Assembly: GCF_018977255.1 (NCBI RefSeq)
Contig: NW_024704743.1
Span: 79,796,001 to 79,860,000 of the forward strand
Origin: Callorhinchus milii
Taxonomy: Eukaryota
DNA length: 64,000 bases
Direction of reading: 5' to 3'
The notes under the pieces: generated by a model
Database searches by the model: none
What the model was told of the DNA's origin: nothing
The model's input: only the letters and a program-made list of their open reading frames with translations
Shown: positions 49,871 to 64,000 of the stretch, piece after piece
How the letters are laid out: the number at the start of each line of letters is the position of its first letter
Numbering within the stretch: position 1 is the first letter of the stretch
Program-made: the position numbers and the translations under genes

Positions 49871-50154
49871 TCAAAAATGTAACACTTTCAAACATCTCAA
49901 AGGATTTGCTGAAATACATTTCATACCAAATACACGCATCAAGCATAACAAAAAAAAATCAACCTTAACGTACACTAGCTTGTCACCACTAGGAAGCCAC
50001 CAACATTGCACTTTTAGTGGTTAGTAATCACCGGGGCCAATAGAAAAGTGTGCACATTTTTACAAAAAAATTGCAGAGTGCTTTTCAAATCTTTTGGGGA
50101 ATTGCGAAGGCCTTTGCTAAATTTCGCAAGGAAGATTGTGGGGGTTCATTCGTG

Positions 50155-50360
50155 TGCACACACACACACACAGACCCAGAGAGAGACACACACACACAGA
50201 CACAGATAGACACATTCTCAGAGAGAGGAAAACACACACTCATTCACAAAGAGACCTACACAGAGAGACACACATTCACACAGGGACATTCATAAACACA
50301 CACACACACACACACAAAGAAGAGACATAGACACACTCACATAGAGACACACACACACAG
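50155..50360 (+). repeat. CA/GA-rich low-complexity tract next to the promoter
   Basis: Direct reading. Confidence 0.9.
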
Positions 50361-50379
50361 ATGATCACAACAGTGGGGT

Positions 50380-50660
50380 CTCCGAGTGTAGCCCATTTGC
50401 TGCTTGCGCCGCACTGCGCATTCGTGTCCGGAGCCGCCACATCCACAGTGACGTCAGGTAAACAGTGCGAGCAGCTGTGGGCCAGAAACTACATTTACGG
50501 CGGTTTTGTAGCAGGCGAGGGCCGTTGTAGCGGAAAAGGTGCTCCCGCACTTTTCTATTGATAATTACCCAATCGTATTAAGTCATCTACGACACACTAT
50601 ACAATTACGCCGCTCTCTTTGTGGCTCCATTGGCCACTATGAGACTATTCTGTGGTGGAA
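50380..50660. promoter_or_regulatory. CpG-rich housekeeping-type promoter
   Basis: Local CpG enrichment; perfect CRE TGACGTCA 50449-50456; NRF1-like TGCGCCGCACTGCGCA; ACTACATTT (ZNF143/SBS-associated-like) ~50488; CCAAT/ATTGG boxes at ~50569 and ~50629; minus-strand donor AT|GTGAGT at ~50340 suggests a non-coding first exon. Confidence 0.7.
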
Positions 50661-52744
50661 AGCTCATAAGGAGAGAGCTGTGAAAAATGTACTCTTCCTA
50701 AACCGCTGTAATGTTCCTTTAAGATCTGTCAAAATAAATCCTAACAAAAACTGAGAAGAGTTCTTCCATTGGGTCCATTTTCAAAAACAGCACCACTCCC
50801 AATTAGTCATCTTTCCTTTCCAATGCCCTACACACTGAGGGCAGGGTGAATGACAATGGAGCACTTCCCAAACAGTAGCTGATATAAAATACATGGGAGG
50901 TTTCCTTTTCTATCAGCAACCGCACACAAACAGTTGATCCAGTTTGGAAAAGGAGAGTGGGCAGCAAAGGATAGCTGTCAAAGTGCTTAATCACTTGACA
51001 ATTATTTACATATGGTACTTAGGTTTTGCCCTCTCGGATCTCTACACGGACTATACTGGGCTTGAACTGTATTCTTTGACGAAACCTAAAACAAAATCTA
51101 CAGTGTTTTGTCAAATTGTATAAACGTTCAAAGTTGCGGGGCTGAACTTATTTCACTTTAATTCTCGGTAAGCAAAATCGTGGCTGTTAGCTTCGTAAAT
51201 AAAGGGCACATCAGTTATAATAATAATCCTTGCATTTGATAGACGTCTTATCTTGTCTTCGAGCTTCACGGAATATACTGTAAAGTGAATTGACTGTATA
51301 TTTGTGGGTGAATTAGAGTCGTGGATTGAGTGACCAATTGTTTTTTAAGGGATTATAAATGGATTCTTGTTTTAAAAAAAAGCATGCATCCTTAATTTAG
51401 TAACTGGAAGGTATCATATCAGCAACTTGTGAAAGGCCACAAATCTTCCCTTCTAATAATAAGGCAAAGCCACCCAAGCATGAAAACTGGATTAATGAAG
51501 TGTGTAATATAATAATAATATTATTATGTAATATATTTTATTGCACAATTATAAATGACTTACTATAATTGAGAATGGGAGAGAGACGAAGAGAGAAAAC
51601 TGTGATACGAACCAGCGTGTATAAGTTAGCATAGGCTTACAAAGTATTTCAACATAAACTCCAGCGGTGAATCAGTCACAAAGAGATAATACTGTACTTT
51701 GAAAATAATGAATCAGTGGACAGCAATTCATGGAGTAATTCTGTTTTACAGATTGCATCCACCAGCTGAGCAGGTCAGGGAGAGTTCACTCTGCTCTACA
51801 ATCTCCAGCTTTCCCTTGTGCCCCCCAAGCAACAAGTATGGTGTACAAGTCTTCAAATTCCAATATTTCTGAGCTTGTGTAACAGATTTACTTTTCTTGT
51901 TCTTGGTAAATGTAAACATTTTAACTGAGGGGAGAACCTATTAACCCTTCACTTGCTCTCTCTTCAAAGGGGCAACTTCTTGCTACCACACCATGGACTA
52001 ATGTAAATCATGGCTGAATACTTGATCAGCTCCTGTGTGGGACATCCCCTGAAAAAAAACGGTGCATGGTTTTTATGACTCTTTTACCTTAAAAAAGACA
52101 GATTCGCAGAAAGTAAGTACAAGAGGATGTCATTCAGCCCATTGAGCCTGTTCCACCAGTTTATTGGATTTGGGCAGTTTTTTTAATTTCAATCCCTTAC
52201 TCCTTTGCCATATCTCTTAATACCCAAATCTCTTGTTTATCTCTCTTTCAAACATCCCTTTTGATTCTGCCTCCACAGCTTTCTGGGGTATAGCATTCCA
52301 CTTCTTCACAAACCACTGTGTGAAAAAAATACTTTCTGACTTCAGTTCCAATCATCTTGCTTCTGATTTTAACACTATGTGTGTAAATGTTTTCTTCTGC
52401 CAGAGTGAAGAGTCACTCCCCACCTGACCTGCGAATTCATAGATTTACATTGATTCTACAGCACAGAAACAAGCCATTCGACACAGCAAGCTTATGCCGT
52501 TGCTTATACTCCAAATGAGTCAATTCCTTTCATTAATTTAAATAACGCAATCAAATCACCCTATTTACCTAAAAAGGTCACTACACTTGATAGTAACCTC
52601 CAATGAAACGCTGAGATGGTTTGACATAAGGCACACAAACTCTTCCTTTAGCTTCAGTCTGGCAAAAGATAACGAATATGATTGAAATAGTTCAGTGAAC
52701 TACAACAATCTTTGCAAAGATAGTTTTCTCACTCCCTCATTGTG

Positions 52745-53135
52745 TGTAGATCTGGCTCAGCTGGTAGCACTCTTGCTTCTGAGTCAGAATATGGTGGGCT
52801 CAAGCCCCACATCAGGACCTGAGATTCAGTCTCGCCTGACACTCCAGTGCAGTGCTGGCAGAGCACTGTAAAATGAGCTGTAAAATCAAGGAGTCATTCC
52901 CATGTTCAGGTTTAAGTTAAAGATCTTATGACACTATTCAAAACAAACGGGGGTTCATTGTCAAACAAAATGGTTATTATTTTCACAGTTGCTTGTGGAA
53001 TATTGCTCTGAGCAAATTAGCTACCCTTTTCACTTTTGAATAAACAGTCGTTTCAAAGTACAGCAATTACCTGCGAAGTGTTTTAAGATGTTTTGATATT
53101 ATAGGTGCAATATCAAATGCAAGAATTATTATTAT
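52745..53135 (+). mobile_element. SINE family B
   Basis: Head, degenerate body, tail. Confidence 0.8.
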
Positions 53136-53799
53136 CAACATTTCATAATTTAGTGGGATGAGTGCAATGGCAGGGAACAGAGATGGATTAAGTTCATGTG
53201 GTCTGATACCTTGCTTTATACTCCAGTAAAATTAAACACTGCATGTTCTATGCATCTTGTGAACTAAGATGATATTTCATGATCAAATCTGTACCTTTGT
53301 GCCATGTGAGGTTGTAGTTGGTTCTGGCTATGATCAGTTCCCAATTGGGACCATGGGTTGCAGGGTCACCTCGCGTTGAAAAGGCAAATCTCCGAATCGT
53401 GTTGAGGTTTCCAGGCAAAGCCTTGAGTCAAACGCCTTTTAAGTCCTTCGAACTAAAGCACTTCTGACGGGCAGGAAGGAGGGTGTGTCCGAGAATAGCT
53501 CCCCATCTTCTGGCTCAATCGTTGTCCACTTATCAGACCCCACAATCAGGATTTGGTCCTGTACTATTACTCTCTTGGCCAGTAACTTCAATTGCCACCT
53601 TGAGCACTGACCAGACAGCAAAATGCCAGAGAATCGCAGTCTTTATCTCTCTCCTTCAGCCACTAATGGTTCCAGCAGCTGTAATAACAAGAGAACAACT
53701 GATTAGCAGCAATTCAGAAGAGTAAGTTCTCCATTGCTTCTTGTCTACTCCACATATAAAGAACATTTTCTGGACTTTTATGACCTATTATGTGGTACC

Positions 53800-54170
53800 A
53801 TTGTTTGGAGTTCAGCTCGCATCAGGACTTTGAGCTCACAGTCCAGGCTGACACTTGACTCCAGTACTGGGGGAGCACTGCATTGCCAGAGGTGCTGTCC
53901 TTCAGATCAGGCATTAAACCAAGGTCCTGTCCGCCTGTTCAGGTGGAAATTAAAGATCCCATGGAACTATTCAAAAAAACAAGGGAGGTTTACTCCCAGA
54001 TTCTGGCCAACAATCCTCCAGATAAAATTCTGCATTCACTTCATGACTGTATGTGGGACACTCTGATGTGCAAATTGGTTGCCACATTCGCCTACAAATA
54101 CACAGTTATTACACTTTACAGTAAATCTTGTGAAGCACTTTTGAGATATCTCGATGTTTGTAAGAGCTTT
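53800..54170 (+). mobile_element. SINE family B
   Basis: Body motifs. Confidence 0.8.
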
Positions 54171-55238
54171 GAGATAAATAGTTAATTAGCAGGAGTTAGT
54201 CAATATCGGATATATTTTGAAATCTAGGGCAGAGATTACTTCCCTACATGGTGCCTTGCTGGTGAAATACTAGTCATAATCGTATAAAAATCAACCCAAC
54301 AATATCTTACTCACAGGCCGGAATACATCCAAGGCAAGCTGACATTAGGAATCATTAAATAAAGGGGTCTCATTTAATACGTGACACCTAGAGTCGCATC
54401 AACTGTGCATTTTCCCCCACTGTAATCATAATACAGTATTTTGTTCAATGTGTGATCTATACGTGCTAGAAGATCCGAAGTAAAGCTTATTAGCTGAATA
54501 AAGACTGCACAATGTGAGATGCTTCTACAACACTGCACTGATCCCATAAACCAACCAGTGAAACAGAGAGAGAGAAAGAGAGAGAGGGGAAAGTCAAGAC
54601 TGTCAGAAATGACACCCTCACAGTCCTCAACACACCACAATTCAGAATTCAAATATATATTATTCACACGTGTCTCAGGACACAGTCATTGAAGCTGTGG
54701 AGCCACAGATAGTTTTAATTCCTAAAATCGTTTACCAGCTTTTGGTATCTAGCTCTGTTTCAGCAGAAACTGAAAAACGCTCAATGAGAAGTGAGGAACT
54801 GTACAATTCTAATTTTATCCCACTGATGAGGAAGTTGGCTGCAGCTCATTCATGAATTTCTTACTCACGAGGTCTTCCTCTTAGCTGGATATCCTGCATC
54901 TATCCTCCACACTGTATAAAGTCGCTGATTTATACCTTGAGCACAGTGCAATGCTGAAAATATGCTGGGGCTGAAAAGATGCTATGCAGAAAAAAGAAAG
55001 CAAAAATGGAGTCTCGATGCTGAAAAAGCACCCGGGTAAATAAAGTGTGACTCATGCAGGGAACCCTGATGTGATATGTGACGTGACAAACACGTAATTT
55101 TAAGTCCCCGGAACTCGGCTCTTGAATGTTAGTCGCTTTTCCCGGCATCATATCCGGTGCTATTTCATCGAGCGGGTTTTCAAAGACTGGCCATACGATG
55201 CCACATATTTATTCCCATAACACAATCATATCAGCAGA

Positions 55239-55652
55239 TGTCAGCCTGGCTCAGTTGGTAGCACTCTCGTCTCTGAATTAGAAGCTACGGAATTCAAGCT
55301 CCACGTCGGGACTTTGAACTCCTAGTTTGGGCTGACACTTCAATATAGTACTGGGGAAGTGCTGCTATGTCAGAAGTACTGTCCTTCAGATGAAATGTCA
55401 AACAGGTCTCCTCTGCCTGGTCAGCTGGCTTGAAAAGAGAACAGAGTTTCTCCCAGTGTCCTTGCTAACATTCTCCCAAGTACAATTGGTCACTCATTTC
55501 ATGGCGGTTTTTGGGACATTGCTGTGTGCAAATTGGCTTCTGCGTTTGTCTGCAAAATGCACAGTCACTAACTATACAGTCGATCCTGTGAAGCACTTTG
55601 AGACGCTCTCCTGATGTAAAAGACACCATATCGAATGCAAGCATTATTATTT
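55239..55652 (+). mobile_element. SINE family B, near full length
   Basis: Head GTCAGCCTGGCTCAGTTGGTAGCACTCTCG, body and tail. Confidence 0.9.
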
Positions 55653-58600
55653 TTATCCTTTCACACATGGCACACCACCTGTAGTTTTACTCAGCAAACC
55701 CTGCATGCAACAGTAAAGAAAATCAGATGGACGAGTGGGTTATGTGACTCATGTCCAATGTAGAACCAGGCTATAGACACCAAAGCGGCAGATTTGCCCC
55801 CCGATCTGAGACAGCTGCTATCAGGCTTTAATGGCAATGTAATTGACCTCGGTGTCATGGGCTTGGGAGGGACCAACAAAATCAGCCACAGTTCCTGGTC
55901 CTAATCGTTGTCCAGACTCCTGCTAAACGTGTGAATGTGCAGATGTCAGACAAGAACGGGACTGAGTTCAACTGTGACCGTGCTGCAAGTGAATGTCCTG
56001 TGGAGACTCGCTATCTGGGGTCACTCTTGAAATAAAGAGCCCCAGACACAAAGCTTCCCAACATCTCTTATAGACTCGGCCCTTACCTATAAACCTCTGA
56101 ATGCTGCATTTGCTGAATTGCTGGACTGGACATCAAGTCACAAATCCAGGCAAGAAGCACTGTCATTCATGCAGCTGGGCCCCATTACAGCAAGGGTCTT
56201 TGGGTCCATCAAATCAGACCCTGTGTTATCATGGGAGGTTCACCACTGACATAAGGTCTGGAGAGTTTCCATTGATTGCTGGGAGGCCTCTGATGCTATG
56301 CACAGGAACACGACCATTCAGGGCTTGGAGCTGGACATACACCAAGGGTCCAGAGTGCAACTGTGCTGTAAACAGACTCGCAACATAGCGTAGCCCATTA
56401 TAACAGGGTCTGACTGCAGCTGGCAAGAGGAACCCCACTGCATTTGCCTCTCTGTTCAGATCTCAACATTGCCATCTTGAGAAATAACATTATCAGATAC
56501 CATCATACAGGGTACAGTCTGTACAACTGTCATAGCAGAGCTGAGCCAAAGCAGGGAGAGCGCCAGGGTCCACAGCATGAAAAGAGCAGGTCATGGAAAT
56601 CATCTGCTCCTGGCTGGATGGTGCTATTTGCCACTTGCTTTGCATTTTCAGTTGCTTTGCAGTTTTCTTTCAAACTGGCTTACTGCAGTCCTGCTCTAAC
56701 ACACACTTCTACCCTGTTTCAAGGTCAGGCACATTTGTTCGTTCCACCGTTCAGAAATAACTTGCAACAACAGTGAACAAGACCCACTACTCCCAATGGT
56801 TCAGTGTGCTAATCTATTGCCTGCTGTGGCACAAAGCCATAAAAGCTACAAAGGTCCAGGCTCGGCCACTAGCCTGTTAACTCATTTAAGCCACATGGTG
56901 GTGCTGTGGTTGGCCTCAGGGTCCATAGGCAAGTGAGGGTAAAGAAAAAACAAGGCTCCTGCTCATAACTACTATCTTGTGCTCTCTCCTGGAAACTGCA
57001 CTCCTTAGGTTACACAGAACCAGCTGTTTGGGAGGGAGAGCAATTGTGGAGAAAGAGATGAGAAAGTGTTTAAGTTGGCGGCATTATTGAATGCATTCTT
57101 CAACACGTTCATTGTTTCAGAAATGAGTTGATTATATATTTTGCATTAAGAAATTGGTTAAGAAACATTCCAAATTACCCCCCCCCCCCCAATCAAATAA
57201 TCTATTGACATTCAGCAGGCAAGGTTCACTGTGAATCTCTGCCTCCTGAAATGTGAGGTGGTTGGGGGGAGAGAGAATAAACAATTCTGGAAATATTAAT
57301 AGGAGATGGGACTTGGAGTAACGTCTCATCTGAAGCACCTCCTATAATGGGAGCTCCAGTACTCCACTGTTAACCTAGTCTGTGAGCTCAGAGTCCTGAC
57401 ATGGGGATTCAACTCACAGCTTTCTTACCCAGAGAAAATAGCACAACCAACCATGCTGACACACTAGACTTACAACTGTATAATTCTTATATGGGACTTC
57501 AATTACTTTCTCACGATTTCCATTTTAACAGAAGGCCTCTCTTCTGGACAGCATTTGATGAACTTTTTACATTTTACTTACTTCCTCATTCAAAATAACA
57601 CTCAATTTCCACTCTTAAAAAAACAAAATGTGATAACAACAGAAGCTATGAGCCCCCTTGAGTGTTTTGACTAACAAACTGCATCAACGCATTTCTCTGC
57701 TTTGTTCTGTCTTTGTTCCCAAAACACTAGATATTCTTTAGTTCCAGGCATTTCTTTCCTCTTACCAATTCTCACCCACCACATCTCCTCTGCTGATTGC
57801 ATTTGATTCTTTTTTTCCTTCTATTGCAATACATGTCACACATCAGCACTCTCCGAAGTGAACTATTCATGTATCAGTGAAAGTTGGCAGGCTATTTAAC
57901 CACAGGGAACATCATAGCTGAGCCTGATGCTGTTCTCATCTGAAGCACAGCATTGGAGGGTCAGCCTAGACTATGAGTTCAAAGTCTCAACATGGGGCTT
58001 GAACTCACAACCTTCTGACTCAGAGGTGAGCTACAAGCTGAGCCAGGCTGCAAAAGGTTAGAAAATGTACCTTCAAATATTTTAGAGCAAACTGGTTCTG
58101 GACGCTTGAGTGGTGCATTCCCACTGCCCTTTCACCTCCGGATCCCCGATTAATAGTATGGAACATTCCTCTGTGAGAGTTCTCTGTTAAACAAGTTGGG
58201 AGTTATTTCAAACTAGTCCCCAATGGAGATTGGTCCACAGCCCAGATAACAATTGTCCATACAAGTAATGCTCATATTCGTGGCAACATCACAGACCCGC
58301 AGCAATAAGAGCAAACTGTAACTGACTGGAATGTACTTAGGGATGACAAGAATACAAAATACTTAGGCTACTACAGAACTCCTTCCATCCCTGGGGGTAC
58401 TGATGTGACTCATTTGCTCCTTTTAGGTTGCGAGAACCCAATCAATCCCAGCAATGGCCGCAACACTGAACCAGTACAAGTCAGTGTCTTGGGAAAAGCA
58501 GAAGAGAGAAAATTGGAAAATAAATGATAAAAAAAATCCATCTCCCCTTTCCCACAAAGGACATAATGTGTGTCTGGGGCAGCAGTGTCAAGTCTGTACT

Positions 58601-59934
58601 AGTTCTCAGAACAAGCTGTTCATTCAATCCCACTGCCCAGCCCTATCCCCATAGCCATTCAAGCCTTTCTCTTTCATGTACCTGTCTAGTCTCTCTTGAA
58701 ATCCACTGCAGACTCTGCCTCTACCACCTTACGTGGCAGGGCACGCCACGTTCCTGCAAGGCATGGCTACTTGCTGGAGAAAGGCCAGGTATAAATGTTA
58801 GAATGCTAGAGTGAAAACAATTGCAATAAGCCAGTCAGCTGTATCTGCAGCTTAAGCAACATTTTTGAAATCTGCTCAGAACATGACCATGTTTCCCATG
58901 CAGACCAGACCTGTGGGCACAGAACACAAGGAATCCTGCGACTTGGTAATTACTGAAAACAGAGGTCACATCAACCCCAAATTGACTGCAATTCAACAGC
59001 ATTCAATAACATACCTGAAGTGTAAGTGCTACATTTGTGATACTGGAAATCTGAACCAATTATAACATAAACTGGTAGCAGCCTCGTTCCAGCCGACTGA
59101 GCCCAGTTGCTGTATAAGTGAGCTAAACACCCTCTCTGAACCTGCACTGTGGGACGTGATAAAATCCTCGCACAAATTCAATGAAACCATTTGAATTAAG
59201 AGTGAAAAATCATATACCTCATGTGTTAGCTCAGACCGCCTGCAGGATACAAATTAATTTAAAATCATTTTACTTAACAGGTTTTATTGCACCCATTGTG
59301 CACTATTCTGCTTTGTTCAAGTTTTAAATCAAAGCATTTAGATTAATAAATGTTGCAAAACTCTCTCAAGCGATGCTTCTGATATATTACCAGCACTTTA
59401 GGTTAAAGTTATGTTGATACACAATATGGTGTACAAACAGGAATTCCTGACTGGCTAACATTTCTCTCTTTCTAAAGTAATTAACAGATGTGCTTATACC
59501 CTGTATATATAGCTACAACATGAATATGATGTGCCCACCTCAGCATCCCTTTCTAGCTTAAAAGTAATTGGGACCACTTCCATCTCCAGTACAATAGGAC
59601 ATGGAGCCACCTCCATCTAAACAGCACCTAGGACCACCTCCATTTCAAGAGTACCAGAGACCAATCCCAGTGCAATAACATCTGCACTGGGAGGTTTTGC
59701 CCTCAACTGTCTCTACCAGCCAGTAATGCATGTTGGACATCTAGACCTCCTAGAAAGCTCCGTGGCCAAATATAAGGACTTGGAAGCCTGCAGCATCTGA
59801 TGTTGTTAGAAAGATAGAAACATTGATTCTGTCCCACCCCTGAAGTAAATGGGGTGGACTGTTGGCACCAGCACTCTGGCTATATTTCAGTTATCCTGTA
59901 TTGATAAACAAAGCATTAAAAACTCTGGGTCTTG

Positions 59935-61536
59935 CAACGCCAACTGCGAAGAGATGCTGGATTTCCTCAGAATCAAAGTCGAGGGGATCCACTCAGTGCC
60001 TCTGCCTTACGATCACTACCCCCTCCCCATCTCCCCCTCATACCACGGACCCTACCCAACCCATCCTCCACACCTTCAAACCTGTCTCCCACTCCTCTCT
60101 CACCACCACTATAACCCACATGAAATCGACCACCAGCTCCCTCGACCCCATCCTGCCTCTCTCCTTACCTCCCAGCTCCATTTCTTGCCCCTCTACTCAC
60201 TGACATCCTAAACCTCGCCCTGTCCACTGGCAACGATACCACCCATCTAAAAACAGCTGTCATCACTCCTATCCTTAAAAAACCCTCCCTTGACCCATCC
60301 CTGCTCTCAAACTACTGCCCCATCTCCAACCTCCCTTTCCTCTCCAAGGTCCTGGAATGTGTCGTTGCTTCCCAGCTTCGTTCCTTCCTCTCCCACCACT
60401 CCCTTCGCGAACCCCTCCAATCGGGTTTCTGTGCCGCCCACAGCACAGAAACAGCCTTGGTCAAAGTGACCACATGACGTTTTGTCCATCTGCAACCAGG
60501 GCTCCCTCTGCCTCCTCATCCTCCTTGACCTCTCTGCTGCCTTTGATACCACTGACCACTCTATCCTCCTCCACCGCCTCTCCTCTCAAACTTCATGGTT
60601 CTTTCTTTGAATGGTTCAGATCCTACCTCTCACACCGTCTCCATTTCATCTCCAAAAAAGACTTCTCCTCTAACCCCCGCACCATCTCCTGTGGTGTTCC
60701 TGAGGGCTCTGTCCTTGGTCCCTCCTTTTCAATATCTATAATGCTCCCACTTGGTGACATCATCTGCAGACATGGGGTCAACTTCCACATGTATGTGGAT
60801 GACACCGAACTCTATCTCTCTGCCTCCATCCTCTACTCCAGGACCACTGCTGTCCTGACAGATTGTCTGTGAGACATCAAGTCCTGGATGAGAGCTAACT
60901 TTCTACAGTTGAACGTCAACAAGACTGAGGCCTTTCTGATTGGCTCCCGTCAGCGCCTCCACACCTCAGGCACTGACAGCATCACCAAACAAGAATGCTC
61001 ATGCCATCTTACTAAGCCAGTCCGGAACCTTGGCATTTTGTTCGATCCTCAACTATACACGACACTTTCATCCGCATCCTTGCCCAACTCCACTGGCTTC
61101 CCATCACACAGAGGATACAGTTCAAGATCCTGGTCCTCACCTTCAAAGCCGTTCGCGGTCTTGCTCTCCCATACCTCTGCGACCTCCTAACCCCTACTAT
61201 CCTGTTCGCTCACTCTGCTCAGCGGGCTTCGGCCTGCTTCACGTCCCCCGCCTTGATCGCCCCACGATCGGAGGGCGGACCTTCCACCACTCTGCTCCCA
61301 CCCTCTGGAACTCCATCCCGCAGTCCCTCCGCCTCACCCCCTCCCTTGCCACCTTCAAGACTCATCTCAAGACCCTCCTCTTCGACCGTGCGTTCGATCC
61401 CCTGCTTCCCCCCCTGCCCTCCACCCTCCCTGACCCCAATCCCCAGATCGGGTCCGTTAACTCTGTCTGTCCAGCGTCTTGGGACGTCCTCCCGACATGA
61501 AAGGCGCTATAAAAATGTAATTTTGTTGTTATTGTT
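59935..61536 (+). mobile_element. L2 LINE fragment with an internal deletion near 61060
   Basis: RT motifs (GVPEGSVLGP, YVDDTELY), L2 3' end and TTG-rich tail. Confidence 0.9.
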
Positions 61537-61627
61537 TTATAGGGAACTGCAGTCAATATCCTATTCTTCTGTGGTTAAGATTGCTTCTGATTCAGATGAC
61601 CACCTTTGAGTATTATTATCATATTAC

Positions 61628-62232
61628 TGCAGGCTGCCGAGACCCCCATCCACAAATTTATAACATCCAGGCTTGACTCCACAAGCTCCTTGCTTGTCAG
61701 CCTCCTACCAACAACTCCCTCCATAAGCTACAGCTCATCCAGAACTCTGCAGTTCATGTCCTCTCCCACACCAGGCTCGGTGACCCTATCACCCCTATTC
61801 TTTCCTGACTCAACTGGCTTCCCATCATATAGAGGATACAGTTCAAGATCCTGGTCCTCACCTTCAAAGCCCTCCAAGGCTCCTCACTATCTCTGCGACC
61901 TCTTAAATCCCTACCAACCTACCCATTCCCTCCGCTCAGGGAATGCTTCATAATCCCCACTTTGCCCCCCTACCATTGGCGGGCGGGCCTTCTGCCACTC
62001 TGCTCCCACCCTCTGGAACTCCCTCCACCTCGCGCCCCCTCCCTTGCCTCCTTCGAGCCTCGTCTCAAGACCGTTTTCTTCGACTGTGCCTTCAGTCACC
62101 TTCCTTCCCCGACTGCCCACCACCCTCCCTGATTCCAATCTCCAGCTCAGGTCTGAAACATTGATTGTCCAGCACCTTAGGACGCCCTCCCGACATAACA
62201 TGCACTATACAAATGTAATTTTGCTGCTGTTG
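61628..62232 (+). mobile_element. L2 LINE 3' fragment
   Basis: AAETPIHKFITSRLD; homologous to the 3' ends of the other L2 copies. Confidence 0.85.
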
Positions 62233-64000
62233 ATAACAAGCAGTCCCAAAGGAGATTGGTGCTGAAAGTCAAGTCAAGTATTATGAATTCACAGCTCCCA
62301 ATAGTCAGTGGAATGTACCAGCCTGGCTCAATTTATAACAGGAGTGGTTCTTGGCACTGCAAGATGCAGAACTTCAAAAAGGAAGAAATCGTTTACAGGC
62401 AAATGCAAACTAGAGCTTCTCACTTTTATGCTTTTCATACATAGGTTATCCTCTCCCACTTCAGCCTCTGCATGCCCATTACCACTTCCTTGCCAAGTTC
62501 TATTAGTTTCTAGCTTCCCAGGAGATCAACTTCAAGATCCTCATCCAGACCTTCAAAGCACTTCATGATTTTTACCTCACCCAACCTCTGCAGTCTCCTC
62601 CAACTCTAATTTCCCACACATGTTCTCAGCACCTCGACTCTGGGCTACTACTTGTTCTTCAGTTAATGTAATAATAATAATATAGTCCTTTTGTCCCAAC
62701 ACTATGTCACACTCTCTGGAAATCTCCTCAAATCCCTGTGCGCTGCACTTGAGGAATGGTAGAAAGGAGGGGAAAATGGATTAAAAAGATCTACTTTGAT
62801 CTAACAAAATTGATGGATTGAAAAACCTCCTCATGTTTCTCTTTCCACTATGTCACATAAGTACTGCAAGGACCTTAAAGGTGTCGCGAATTGTAATTTT
62901 TCTACTGAAAAAATGCTAGAAATTAAATGTGCCCGAGCAACTTTACTCACAACTTGTTTCTGTTTCTATTACTACTGCGGTGACCATGAAGATGAATCCT
63001 AATGTCTTCACACACACTTAACACAATCAACGCCATCATGCTACTCATGAGATGATCCCCTATGTTTCCAGACACATGCAGAAAGAGCACTACTCTTCCT
63101 TCTGGAAACAGAGGCAACTAGTTGAGGAGGCAGCAGCTGATCCGCACCAAGAATGGTTCCAATAAGAATGGTGTTCAGGGACTTTTCATTAAGGATCGTC
63201 TATAGCGGAAGGTTCATCTCTGTAGGAAAACCCACAATACAAAAGTGGTACCAGTTGGGAATCTGCATACAATTTGCAATACAAGCTGGGCGTACAGCAT
63301 TTAGCACAGGATGTGCAGGCTTAGCTCTGTGGAATTTGCATTCTTATCTTAGGTGGAGTTCCTGCTCCATCTGAGATCCAACTTATTTATGGCTTTTTTT
63401 ATTTACGTGACTTTGCCACTTGGGGCCTCTGGAGGTAACTCACAATGAAAAAGTGTGGTTTTCCTGGCATTAAAATTTGGGACATCCTAATTGGAGTCTG
63501 ATAAATAATAAACAAATAATCCTTGATATTATTGTTCTATCATTTGACAGAACATATGTGAATATTGAAAGACCTCCCAAAAGAGTTTTTCACACACCAC
63601 TCATATAAAGGGTAGCGCTGTATATTTGTTGGTAAATAGGTCTCTGGTTACCACCGCGAACAGGGGACAGGAGATCCAATTTAGTAATGAGATTCGTTAG
63701 CATGATGTTTTGTCACATGTAAAAGTGTGGCACCTTCATGCAAGAAGCAATAATATCATACTTTCACACAGTGAAATTCGGGAAAAGACTGGGAGCAATG
63801 TGGCCCAATATTGAGTCCATTGTTAACCCGGTTATCGTTACTGGCGCTCCGGAAGATACATTACTGACGGTGTTTTGCTCATGTACAAACACCTTATCTA
63901 ATCGCACTACAACAATGTCAGACTTCCACACTTGCGCCCAATACCATTTCCCACAAAAAGATGCTCTGAAAAGGTGGCAGAGATTTGAAAGGTGGCAGCA

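Noticed and set aside
50361..50457. Plus-strand signal-peptide exon ending CAG|GTAAAC
   Set aside because: It overlaps the CRE and promoter motifs, and no compatible downstream plus-strand coding exons were found.
59570..59665. Spaced repeats GGACCACCTCCAT resembling a CRISPR array
   Set aside because: Only about three degenerate units in vertebrate DNA; a decayed minisatellite.

Overview
Eukaryotic (vertebrate) genomic DNA, most likely from a cartilaginous fish, judged from its repeat content: L2 and CR1 LINE fragments, Deu-domain/SacSINE1-like and tRNA-Ala-headed SINEs with (TTA)n tails, and Penelope-type terminal repeats. The long ORFs in the track are LINE reverse-transcriptase remnants. 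Between the repeats I can trace a minus-strand, multi-exon gene. It starts at a CpG-rich promoter near 50.4-50.6 kb. Four phase-compatible 5' exons (49748-49870, 38768-38835, 38227-38352, 35687-35766) splice into one open frame. Further hydrophobic exon-like blocks run down to about 7.1 kb and carry stops and frameshifts. The reconstructed protein resembles, by eye only, the gustatory-receptor-like / 7TM ion-channel (GR/GRL, DUF3537, PHTF) superfamily, so this may be a decaying vertebrate GRL-like gene. Also present: minimal hammerhead-ribozyme motifs in Penelope-type repeats, a ~205-nt rod-like hairpin, hAT-transposase and RTE-like fossils, inverted young LINE pairs, and several local duplications. 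Repeat boundaries are approximate; no database searches were run.
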